From Marsupella aquatica (lineage: Eukaryota; Plantae; Marchantiophyta): a stretch of DNA of 64,000 bases. The notes under the pieces were generated by a model that saw only the letters and a list, made by a program, of their open reading frames with translations, made no database searches and was not told the DNA's origin. Shown one piece after another: positions 1 to 11,229 of this stretch (the first letter of the stretch is position 1; each line of letters opens with the position of its first letter). The stretch spans positions 9,199,832-9,263,831 of the forward strand of contig OZ316897.1 in the NCBI GenBank assembly GCA_973895155.1, given 5' to 3'. The translations under genes were made by a program, and so were the position numbers.

Positions 1-971
1 CAAGCCACCTACACCGATTTCACCGAAAATCTCAGACACTACAAAATACAGAAACTTCCGACGAATCAAGCAGTAACGAACGAGCCACCTACACCGATTT
101 CAGTGGCACCACACAAAACACAACCCGCCCCTCTCTACTGCACGTTTCTTCATGTCAAAGTGAAGGATTGAGACCTAATTGCAATGCTCTCAATTACTAC
201 AAAATTCCAAAAAACACACTCAAATGGTCGACACCAAATCCGGACCGAAGTGGAACGAGGGCACGAACCACAACAGAATGATCTCATACCAAACTCACCA
301 AAACCATCCTCTTTGAGACAAGCACTATCAACCCTTATCCTCGACCGCTGCTGCCCTCGCAATCGCCCAATTCCAGCACACACTCACAAACGGTCGAGAC
401 CAGATCAGGACCGAAACAAAACACGTGGACGAAACATGACCGATCTCCTACGATACTCACCAAAATCCTCTTTCGAGATACAATCTATCGTCCCCTGGAC
501 ATCAACCCGTTGAGCTTGCTCGGCTCCTCTCCTCCACGATCGCTTGCTCGAGCTTTGTCGCATTTCAACGGACTCCAAGCTTCTTGATCTGTCTTGAAAC
601 CACGCCCGACACATCGCCGAGAGACCGGCAACTCCAAGAGTCTACCTGGGTAAAGGAATAAGGGGGCTTACCAGAACTCTTCCACAATTTCATTTTAACT
701 ATTCGATAGATTGTTTGTATCCCATTAGTCAGTTTCCTACCTAGTTAAAGACCCCATTCACCAGAATCTAATGGTCATCGTTAAATCTAGGTAGATCGAG
801 CGGTCAGGAAATAATTCAAGAACAACGGATAAAGAATATTGGCAGCTTTCTCTCCTTCACAATGGCAAACAAAGAAAATTGTTAAAAAATACGCTGGGAT
901 GGACCGACTCATAACATCAAAACAAATGCTCAACTACTATAGATAATACACTTTATGATTTTGATCAAATG

Positions 972-992
972 TTTAGGGTTTAGGGATTAGGG
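972..992 (+). repeat. Short interstitial plant telomere-like repeat (TTTAGGG)x3
   Basis: Sequence tttaggg tttaggg attaggg read directly. Confidence 0.6.
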
Positions 993-1253
993 TAGACAAC
1001 GGCTGTTTGGACTGGGGTTACGAGCCTGTAACCCTGTGGCCAGAAAGTGAGTCAGTTTTTCAGAGCGGTCTGGGAGCACCATTCCCACCAGCCCACCTCC
1101 AGATGGTTCTACATGTATAGGTACCCCCCATCAATTGCCTCCTTGTGGCTGGAGTCCCGGTTGGAGTCAATGAGCGAGCCTTTTTTAATGTCAAAAACAA
1201 ATTCCACATATGTGGCTTTATCAATTTCACCGCCAAATATGTAGTACTTAGCC

Positions 1254-1665
1254 ACATTACTTCCTCCGATCACTTATTCTTAGCCAAGATAGGATGATTC
1301 TCTTCACATATAGGGAGAGTCCGTGTTAGATCTTTGTAACCACGTGCGATCCAAAATATGTATTTTTCATATAAATTAACTAAATTTTGAAAAGTGTAGG
1401 AGGCAAAAAAGAGGTGTTATAAACTCATGTTTATAGAATATGCTCTAATATATACTTTTTATAAAGTAAAATAGGTTATTAATATTGAAAATAAAGAATA
1501 TTCTTGTAATATTTTCTTTATAAAATAGGTCTATTTATATTAGGCTAAGATTGCACGCGGTACTCCAAAATATACACTTAATTAACCTCCCAAACATTAC
1601 TTTATCCGATCACTTATTTTTAGCCAAGATATGATGATTCTTTGCAAATATAGGGAGAGCCCATG
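1254..1665 (+). repeat. Dispersed direct repeat of ~72 bp (1254-1325 and 1594-1665)
   Basis: acattact..tccgatcacttatt.ttagccaagata.gatgattct....ca.atatagggagag.cc.tg occurs twice, 340 bp apart, around an AT-rich spacer. Confidence 0.75.
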
Positions 1666-2779
1666 ATAAATTTAAGTGTAGGAGACTTGGATCCAAAAGA
1701 TGCTCCATTATCTCCTTGGTTAGAGTTGACAGCAACCACTTTAGCTATTTTTCAAAATCCTTTAAAACAAATGATGGGGTGGACCCCTCTTGGGTGTGCC
1801 CACTTGCATCTAGGAGTGTCTAGGTGTACAAGGAAGCACCCCTTTCCAGTATATAAATGCACAACAATCGAAGGACAAGCCTGTTTATCTTGGAGAGCAT
1901 AATTATAGGAATGCTTTAATAGATTCATTGCAAACACCAAGCTCATTATGAACACTGAAACCCAAGGTCACTCAGGGCAATGGGAGCCCAACCCTGTTTA
2001 GATCTAGGATAGCATGCTATCTAGGTTTAATAGACTCATTCCAAACACTAAGTTTGCACTGTCTGGGCATTTATGCTCACCTACTATTAGCTCATTACAA
2101 AATTTCTCCTTTTGTTTTTACAAAAATTAGTGAAAGTAAAAAGCTCTGGCCTTGAGGGTGTCAAGGTCCAGTATGTCCCTTTGGAATTGTCATTGTGAGC
2201 TTCTTCTCTTGTATTCCATCATTTTTATTGAGATAAGTTATAATTTCAAGGCAAAATCAAGCACTACTAGTTGGTTTTTGAATAATAAGCCCAATCATTG
2301 TACAATAGGACATTTTTTGCTTGGGTCAGCAGGCAAGGAGCTCAATATGTCAAAATGGGTACCCTTGATTAACACAAGATATATATACAGATCAAGGAAA
2401 CTGTCGACGTCTTCTCCAAAGGAAATTTGTAACCTCCATTATTGTATCCTATCATTTTTATTGAGGTAAATGTTGATCAAGGGAAAAGAAAACACTAAGT
2501 AAGCTTTTGAATACTAAACCAGAACATTCTAATAAAGTACATAAAAAATTATAATATCACACTACTAAAAACCAATAGGTGCCCATCAAGTATACACAAT
2601 CTTGGCACAGGTTAGAGACCCAATAAACCGGGGGGGGGGGGCACATGGTAAAACCCTAGACACTAAAAGCCAAAGCGATAACATATTGACAAACTGAAAG
2701 GCCTCCATTAGAGCTCCAACATAAATTCCATAGGAGGCTCCAGCAGAGTAATTTAACTAGAGGCTCTATAACTGACCGC

Positions 2780-3360
2780 CTCCCCCCTACAAAGAATGGT
2801 GATGCCCTCTTTAGTGCGACATACATCCATTATCTAAAGAAGGTTGTTATGAAAGAAACCAAGGGATAAGGCCTCCGCTCGACGCAAAGTGCTGTGCAGG
2901 ATTGTAAGAAGAGGTCAAAGATCGGGTGAAGAGCCCCAAAGACCTCTGAAGCAAACGGATAACAGGTCCCAGGGATAATGCTTAACATAAGCCTCCTCCT
3001 TAAGTCGGGCAGCCCGGGCAGCAGCATGTCCCGCACATGGGCAGTCACCGCAACATTGGTCCCGCCGCAGGGTCGGCAATGACCTTATCCTTGAGGGCCC
3101 AAACTCCAGTCTTAGAAAAGACCAGATCAGCACACAGCAGATGAGGGACCCAGTCCCATGGTGACACCACACATCACTACTCCATCCAGACATGGTGCCC
3201 TGAGTCTTGGGAAATGGCTGTCACCCACATCACACATGTCATCTTGTGTTATAGTCCTTTCACTGCCATGACAACGCGGAAGAATATGAGCCCCTCCCTA
3301 TAAGACGCCCCCACAAACACAAGTGGGTTGGCCCATAGACACAAGCCAGTGAGGTGGATT
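2780..3360 (-). mobile_element. Degenerate 3' part of an RLE-type (CRE/R2-like) non-LTR retrotransposon
   Basis: Minus-strand translation across frameshifts gives a CCHC-like knuckle (CVCGGVL*GGAHILPRCHGSERTITQD), the (R)ADLV...L.D.VIADP nuclease motif, and AGHAAARAARLKEEAY...YPFASEVFGAL...FFR*WMYVALKRA. This is the motif order of the restriction-like endonuclease C-terminus. Confidence 0.7.
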
Positions 3361-3745
3361 ATTTTTGTCATTTTGTTTTGTTTTGCTGAGGAGGCAAGGA
3401 GGTGGGTGCCCCAAGATGTCAAACTGGGTACCTTTGCCAACACCCTGGAAAGTGGACCCTATACTGGAACAATTTTAATTGTTTTCCCCCATTTTTGAAT
3501 CGATGGCCTGGCCTTGCTTTCAGTGTACGACAGTAGCTTAGACTACTGACGTCCAGGTTTTTGTCCTTCCCTTGGAAATCAAGCTTTAATGGAAACCTTG
3601 ATAGAATAGAGATGGCAGGAGCACGTCTTCTCCAAGGAAACGTTATCTGAGTCAACAACAAGACATCCCCAAATGCTCTCCTCATCACTCCTGCAGGTTG
3701 AGCGAGAAAAACCTGGCAACGACACTGAGCCTCGACTGACTCCAG

Positions 3746-3850
3746 CCCAGTAAGTGAGGTTGGAGGACAGATTCGTTGTAGGTAACGACGCTCGCTACTG
3801 CCGCCCGGTGAGTGAGCTTGGAGTACAGATTCGTTGTAGGTAACGACGCT
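3746..3850 (+). repeat. 58-bp tandem duplication carrying four GT splice-donor-like sites at the presumed erlin 5'UTR exon/intron border
   Basis: gccc.gt.agtgag.ttggag.acagattcgttgtaggtaacgacgct occurs twice. Donor-like sites: gtaagt 3750, gtaacg 3782, gtgagt 3808, gtaacg 3840. Confidence 0.7.
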
Positions 3851-3867
3851 TCTTTCAGTTTCTGCTG

Positions 3868-4181
3868 CTGATTCTAACGATTCATCATTTCTCGGTGCTG
3901 GCTCCTGGTTTGAGCTTCATCTCTGACGCCCATTTGCTTTTCTGCTCTAGAGTTTTTATTTGCGTTTCACTTCTGATTCTAACGATTCATCATGGCTCGG
4001 TGCTGGCTCCTGGTTTGGGCTTCATCGCTGACGCCCATTTGCTTTTCTGCTCTAGAGTTTTTATTTGCGTTTCATTGCTGATTCTAACGATTCATCATTG
4101 CTCGGTGCTGGCTCCTGGTTTGGGCTTCATCGCTGACACCCATTTGCTTTTCTGCTCTAGATTTTTATTTGCGTTTCATTG
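3868..4181 (+). repeat. 105-bp tandem repeat x3 in the presumed erlin 5'UTR intron
   Basis: Units start with ctgattctaacgattcatcat at 3868, 3973 and 4078. A candidate acceptor cag lies at 4363-4365, just upstream of the ATG. Confidence 0.9.
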
Positions 4182-4389
4182 TTGGCATGTTTGGTTGGAC
4201 TTTTGTCTCTGGAGTGAGCTTTTCCGGCCGTTCTTTCGGGAAGCTTGGATCATTTCTTACTCTTATTTTAATGGCACTGGCAGGGCAGGTAGGCTGGGTG
4301 CAAGAGTTTACGAGCGAGGACTACTAGGTCACGTGGGTGTCTTGATTGTGATCGTGGACGAGCAGGTGGGGAGGATATAGAGAGGAAGA

Positions 4390-5478
4390 ATGGACGGCGG
4401 CAGGAGTGGAGCGCGTTCGCCAGGGAATCCTTCTATGCGATCTGGAGCTGCAGCAGCGAATGGCAATCCACTGGCTGTGGTCGTTTCCGCATTGGCCATA
4501 CTGTTTGCAGTAGTCATTCCAGTGATGGGTGTTGCCGGCAATCAATGGGGCATAGTGCACCAAATTCCGGAAGGGCATGTGGGGGTTTACTGGAGAGGAG
4601 GCGCATTGCTGAAGACGGTTTCATCACCTGGGTTTCATTTGATGTTGCCCTTCGTGACAAGGTATGAGCCCATCCAGGTCACCATCCAGACGGATCAGGT
4701 GAAGGACATTCCCTGTGGCACGAAAGGAGGAGTCATGATCTACTTTGACAAAATTGAGGTCGTGAACCGGCTCAATAGGGATTATGTTTACGATACGATT
4801 CTCAATTATGGCGTGAGTTATGACAAGACATGGATTTATGACAAGGTGCATCATGAGATCAATCAATTCTGCAGTTCGCATACACTCCAAGAAGTGTATA
4901 TCGACCAATTTGATCAGATTGATGAGACAATGAAAGAGGTCATTCAGCGTGACTGCACGACATATGCTCCAGGCATTGAGATTATCGGTGTTAGGGTCAC
5001 GAAGCCAAACATCCCTGTCTCGATTAAAAGAAATTATGAAATCATGGAAGAAGAGCGGACCAAGGTGTTGATTGCCGTTGAAAAGCAAAAGGTGGCTGAG
5101 AAGGAAGCAGAAACTGAGAAGAAAAGGGCAATTACAGATGCAGAGTCCAAGGCTGGTGTGAGCAGAATTTTCATGGAACAACGCATTATGGAGAAAGAGA
5201 GTCTACGGCTCCAACAGCAGATTGAAGATGAGATGTTTCTCGCTCGGGAGAAAAGCTTCGCTGATGCAAATTACTACAAGGTGTTGAAAGAAGCTGAAGC
5301 AAATAAACTCAAGTTGACACCCGAGTTCTTGGAGCTGAGGTTCATCGAGTCCATAAGCAACAACACAAAAATATTCTATGGGGAAAAGATCCCAAGCATG
5401 GTATATGATCAGAGACTACTCGGAAAGTTCTTTTCAGACAACAGCAAAGAAATTGATAATGCATCTCTAGGTTTCTAG
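4390..5478 (+). CDS. Erlin-like SPFH/band-7 domain ER membrane protein (362 aa, intronless CDS)
   Basis: N-terminal TM anchor; erlin motifs [89 protein letters not shown]. Confidence 0.95.
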   Translation: MDGGRSGARSPGNPSMRSGAAAANGNPLAVVVSALAILFAVVIPVMGVAGNQWGIVHQIPEGHVGVYWRGGALLKTVSSPGFHLMLPFVTRYEPIQVTIQTDQVKDIPCGTKGGVMIYFDKIEVVNRLNRDYVYDTILNYGVSYDKTWIYDKVHHEINQFCSSHTLQEVYIDQFDQIDETMKEVIQRDCTTYAPGIEIIGVRVTKPNIPVSIKRNYEIMEEERTKVLIAVEKQKVAEKEAETEKKRAITDAESKAGVSRIFMEQRIMEKESLRLQQQIEDEMFLAREKSFADANYYKVLKEAEANKLKLTPEFLELRFIESISNNTKIFYGEKIPSMVYDQRLLGKFFSDNSKEIDNASLGF

Positions 5479-6648
5479 ATCGGAAGTGTAAAAAGCGGGT
5501 GACAGCACTTCGTGCTTGTGAGAGTGTGGTATGGACTTGTCATTAGACATGTAAGAGTTTTGTTTCAGTATCAGCGAGCCCTGGTTTCTTGGCAAAGTAC
5601 GTTACTATGCTATAGTAATCCCTGCATACTTTCGGATACTCCTTTCCACCGAACTGTTGGTTTTGGAGGGTTTCGACGATGAGAGGGAAACGTTAGTATG
5701 GAGCAAAGTTCTGTTCTGAGTTTCTTGTCATTTCGCTCAAGACTAATTGGCTTTTGGCCACCTCGATAGTATCTGTCAGAAAAAAAGATTTTGGAAAAAG
5801 AAGATGCGCCAACGAAGTCATCAAACCTCCTTACTTTTTGTCCACCTAAGTTTGCCAATCTTTCTACTGGAGGCAATTGCGTAAACCCAAACCAGTTGTC
5901 CTGCCTACCAGTCCAGACACTTCAAACATTCTTAACGAGGGACTGAATTAGCGCTACAGTAGTTAAGTGCTTCAGATGTTTAAGTGCTTTAGATGTTTAA
6001 GTCCTTCAGATATGTATAATATTATCAGTCACACGTTCAACAGGGCCCTTGGAGGACACCGAGAATGAGTTCAGCAGATCGAAAGGGGCGAAAGGACGGA
6101 CAAGAGTGAGTGCACAGAGGAGATTGGCTATCAGTGGAAAGCCTGTATGAGACTGTTTCGTAATATTCAAATGTCGGACTACCCTAAATTTACACCACTC
6201 TGATTTTGGCGAGTTTCGTATTAAGGTGGACGGAATATAAAATGCAGGATGGTACACTGAAATGGTTTGAGTCGAGGTCATTTCTTCGAATAGCATCGCG
6301 GTGAGGACTTACTTCAGACAAGGTTGTGAGTGGAAGAAATCGATAAGATACAGCAGAACATAAAGAACAGTCATTACAAAGCATCCAGCCTCATACTCCG
6401 AAATACAGTGTGTGCATTCAGAAAACGTATCTAAACGGAAGTCATTATGCCTTTCCCACATCAATATACTGATCAAAATGGGGCTTAGCAGCCAGAGATA
6501 CTTTCCACACTCTTGACGACTATCTGCGATTTGACCAAGTGTTCAAGTAGCTTTCGACCGTGCATAATTGTGTAATTCAACCCTTCAGGGCTTTGTTGGA
6601 GCTTCTTTAGCATTGGCAGGTGACATAGTTTGTCATTCGAGTGTAGGT

Positions 6649-9600
6649 TTAATCTTGTGAACAGTGGGCACTGCAAACACGGGAGGATGCTTCCCAAAGC
6701 TGCAGACCAAGTTCTGAGTCGTAGGAGAGGGATGATGACCTCAAGATCCTCCCATGGCCCCCAAAAAAGTACTTACCGGACAATTCCTGATGGAAGAAAT
6801 ATAATGAAGTCAGTCATAATTACAGTATGGAAACATCAGTTGCTGGTCAGAACTAGAAAGGCACCCAACTTCAATCAGTCATGCTCTCGAGTTTACAAAG
6901 TAAATTGTTGTGCTTATGGACCACAGCGTTTCGATGAAATATTTGGCTTCATTTTAAGCAAGTCAGGATGCGAGTTACATTGAGCAGCAGACGGTTTCTT
7001 TTCAAACCTATAATACTAGTGAGAGTGCTCGAAGGGAAAGTATTCGGTTCAGACAACACCATAGCTGACTAGGGTTCTACGGTATAATGCTTCTACGCTC
7101 AAACTGTCTCGATGCTTCACTGGACTAGCTGTCTTATTCCTTCAACTCTGGATTTCAATGAGTGGACTCTGACTATAGGCCACTTTCCAAGGGCCTGCGA
7201 AACAGTGAATGTGATACTCAGGTGCTCTGCAATAGCCTTTCTACAATTTATTTGACAGATGAAGAGGAGACCGAGGAATAACCACCAGAGCATGAGCATG
7301 AATTGAATCAAGCACTAAGGGTGCCAGTAGAGATGAGGTAATAATTGTCATGATTGGATGTAATTGGGTCAAGCCACAACCTATGGAGCAATTGCACTAA
7401 TTGCAAACGAGAAAGAAAACGAAATATTAACCTTGGGAGCCAGGGCCGCATCAATGACTGCATTAGCTCCTGTTGAAGGACTTTGTAGTAGTCCCATAAG
7501 TCTTAGTACAAAGTGGGTAAACCACTCAAGCCAGCCTGGCAGCTCATGCATTATATTCGTCTTGACAATTCCAGGATCTGCTGCCCTGCTCACAATTTAA
7601 ATCAAAGTAGGAAGGAAAAGGTGGTGCACGTGGAGGTGAATGGACAGCAGAAAGGGGAATGAACAACATTTGCTGTTGATCCAAACGAAAACGGACTTCA
7701 TAGCGTCTTGTCGTAGAACCAGCAGAAATGATTGCAAAGGCCACGAAAGAAATGTCCCGAATGGGTTTTTAAACCTTGATTAAAATAAAGATATAAGATT
7801 TGAAGATTTTTAAAAACTCCAAGAAGAATGATAGAGCGGAGACGTACAGGACACTAACTTTAGAAGAAGCAACTGTTTCTGAAAGACGACGATGAAGTTC
7901 ATATGTAAACAGAACTAAGCATACTGCACAGACAGGCGATTTGTCTGTTAGTAATCCTCGCAAACAAGGTGTTTGACTCTATGCCATCTCAAGGACGATA
8001 CAAATTTTCTGTAAGCACCTTTCATGACTAGCAAAAGGAATTAGATTTCGTGCACATTCAAGAGCAGTTCAGGAAAGACGGCCTAGTTTCATGATAGGAC
8101 TGTACCTTTAGAAGTTTCATAAATTTGAGCTATTCTGTACCAGTCGCCCTTGCAAGAATTTTGCATAGAGCCTTGTGCCAGCTCTTTCTCTCCAATGTTC
8201 AGGGTTTTCACTGCAAACACCCCAGTCAAACGTCAAGCAGTAAACTTAGATTTGGGCTACCTTGTTCCTTAATCGGAACATCAGTGTCTGTTTACTCCGC
8301 ATCACTGTACAGCAAGATCATAGTTAGCTTGAAATCCAACCGATCAGAATGGTAGTGGGATGGAACGTACCGCAACGGTGAGTAAAGGACGATACATTGA
8401 CAATGCGAGCGTGAGGGGACTTTTGGAGCATGGGCAGAAGCTGTTGAGTCAGCAAGTAAGGGCCCAAGTAATTACTCGCCATTATGCTGTTTCAAACAGT
8501 CACAACATTTGGGATTGATTGATATATCAGAAATTAGGTTTGGCTGGAAATGTGTGGACACCATTTGCTGAGTAATCGAGAGTAATAGGGAAGATTCATA
8601 CTGTACCTGTCAAATCCACCATCAGTCCACCTTTGAGAGCACGCCAGAATGCCGGCATTGTTGACGAGGAGTTGTAGCTCTCGAGCTGGCTGAGAGTGTT
8701 GCAATGATGATTCGACTGCTTGCTTGAAGGAAAGGATGGAATTCGCTGAGCACAAATCCAGCTCCAATGCTTCCATTTGGATATTGCCGTGCTTCTTCGT
8801 CAGCTCCCTTTTGACCTATAATGGCCAAGAATCACCCTCGTCAAAAGAAGGACAGACGAAATCAGGAACGAGGCAATTTTTAGACCCAGCGCTGACATGA
8901 ACCCATATGTGCAGATTTTGTCAGCGCAGAAGCAGAAGATTCTGGACAGTTCAACAAATGTTATAGGGAAACGAAACGCTGAGAAACTCTCAATGGGTGC
9001 AAAGTGGTGGAGACAAGTTCAGCACTGGAAGAGAAAGACCTCAAGTAACTTGCTCATTGAGCGGCCAGCTGCGACATACCACATAACCAAAAGACCTCAG
9101 ATCAGTACTTCGAAGAACATTGATGGAACAACAGTCTCAAAGAAAATTCTCGAAGTTTCAACATAGCCACCAAGCTTGAGAAATAGACCACTAACCGAGA
9201 ATTACTTGGTACCCGTGTAGAGCAAGAGCCTCAGCAGTTGCTTTGCCAATTCCAGAGGAAGCCTTGCAGATATCACACAAAATCAGCTCTTCAGGGTAAA
9301 GCCCTCTAACAAGTCTACACCAGACCCACTAAATTCAAGTGGATCTCTGGTGATTAGATGCAGACCAAGAAAGGAGGCATTTGAGTGCAATTCAATTGAT
9401 TCATTCCTCCATCAAAGCCGTTGTGCACTTCCACTGATGGCTTTAACCAAATTATCGCTCCAAGAAAGGCTCAATATGATGAGGCGAGACGAATTGAGAA
9501 CATTCATCGGTGAAGCTTCTTCATTGTGCATTCACGTACAATCTTGGGACAAGTTTCCTAAATTACAGTTTTGGACTTCTGGTGGACCATAATTATACTA

Positions 9601-10267
9601 CAGACTGCATCTTTCACATGAACTTCAAGATGAAAAGTCAATCGAAGAAAATTGAGTTGGAATGAATCAATTGAATTGCACTCAAACTGTCCGATGGCCC
9701 TAGAGAGAGAGACTCTCCACAACTTGAAGCATCTGTCAATCCAATAGATAGACAAAGCATTGAATGGATGTTTGCACACACGAAGTGGAGTTAGGTTAAT
9801 AAGGTAAAGTGCCGCCAAGAAAGACGCCGAATGAGAATATGATGGTAAGTAAACAATGTGTACAACCTATTGGATTCTTTGGACACGTCCTGGATGAGTT
9901 GGGGAGGGGGAAGACAAATGCATATATGGATTTTACGTTCTACAGCTCAAGGGCAAGAGCTGGGTCCGGAGTGAAGACATTTAGAGAACACATATCCGGC
10001 AGGAGAGAGTTGCTGGTCAACTAAGGCTAGAACATTCACTCCAAGCTGAAGGCGATGGTAGCACTCACTCACCCCAGTGACAATGCAAGTGAGGTCTGTG
10101 AGAGAAGCATTTTCCGGAGACGACCTGGGGAAGGAGACGACGGCCGGCGAGCGACACACCTTTTGAAATACCAACTTGAGATAGGAGAGGATGACAGCCA
10201 GAGTCCACAAAATTCCCATGCGAAACAGGTTGCCAAACCTCAGCACATCGTAAGCCCCGCGTGCCAT
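6649..10267 (-). CDS. Short-chain dehydrogenase/reductase (retinol dehydrogenase-like Rossmann-fold SDR), 9 exons, 362 aa
   Basis: Exons 10267-10073, 9262-9196, 9068-9040, 8815-8607, 8486-8371, 8210-8106, 7923-7848, 7585-7432, 6786-6649; all introns GT-AG, phases consistent, 1089 nt. Motifs TGASSGIG, LVNNAGI, RIVNVSSFTH, catalytic YETSK, DPGIVKTNI, SGKYF. Confidence 0.92.
9380..9686. repeat. Perfect 28-bp inverted repeat with 251-bp spacer in SDR intron 1
   Basis: tttgagtgcaattcaattgattcattcc (9380-9407) is the exact reverse complement of 9659-9686. Confidence 0.9.
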
Positions 10268-11229
10268 ATCTCCCTTTGAAAAATCGGTCAATTAGTGGAC
10301 GCAGGAGGCGTTCTCATTCTCAACTTTGTCCCTCAGAGTAAGAAACAAAGTCTTTCAGTACATGCTTGCATCCCAGAGCTGCAAACCAAACAACCCACTT
10401 CAACAACATGTCTCTATGGGATCATCTCTCCCCAGTGCCCTCTCTGTTCTCCTAATCCTTCCAATCTGGCCGTTTGTGCTTTTGGGGCGGTGGAGCCACA
10501 ACAGCGGAAAGGAAGGAGATGAACGGCATGTCTGTCCAATAGCATTGAACGGAGTTTAGGGTGAGAAGTCATTGGTCCAGAAAAGTCAACCAATCATCTC
10601 CTCTGACCGTGTCGCAAATTGCTCCGTGCACAGCTTTTCGGCAACGGTGGGTGGAGGTATACCGTGCAAAGATCATGGAATGAACGAAGAGAAAATGCTA
10701 CGGAATTGATAAACAGGGACTTGTACAATCAGGAGACTATCAACGAATCAGGGCTTATTGGGTTAGGTACAGCGCACGGTCAAAAGCCTCTAGTCGGACT
10801 GTCTGTCGTCCATTCGAATCATCCTTTGGACTGATCTTCTGCGAGGATTGGATAAGTAAAGACGACCCTCGTCGCCAGATATAGACCTGTAGTTCCCCTC
10901 CTCAGCACACTCGATTCTTGTCCGATCTTGTCGGGTTTGTCATATGAGGGCAACGTTCTCGCCGGGTTGGGTGGAGGACTTTAAAGTTTAGGGCTTCCCG
11001 TTCACAGCGTTTTGTAATAGTGAGATTTTGATTATAGATCCTTTGTGAACTATACTTTCTTGGGATAACTCCGAAGCATAAACTGTATCACTTCCATCTA
11101 GTTAGTGGGTGACGAGCCAGTGAGTCAGATTATCAGGTTGAGATGAGCTTCAAATCGACCCCATCCTGAAGCTTTAATAAATTTATTCATTGGGTGTTTT
11201 GTAGGTAATCTCTCGAGTTGCCAGCACTC
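10268..11229. promoter_or_regulatory. Shared divergent promoter and 5'UTR region of the SDR and PPCS genes
   Basis: Head-to-head start codons are only 962 bp apart. A probable PPCS 5'UTR intron acceptor (tttgtag) ends at ~11204. Confidence 0.55.

Noticed and set aside
3895-4380. 161-aa hydrophobic ORF with a 35-aa repeat
   Set aside because: Non-ATG start; it is simply the translation of the 105-bp tandem repeat in the presumed UTR intron.
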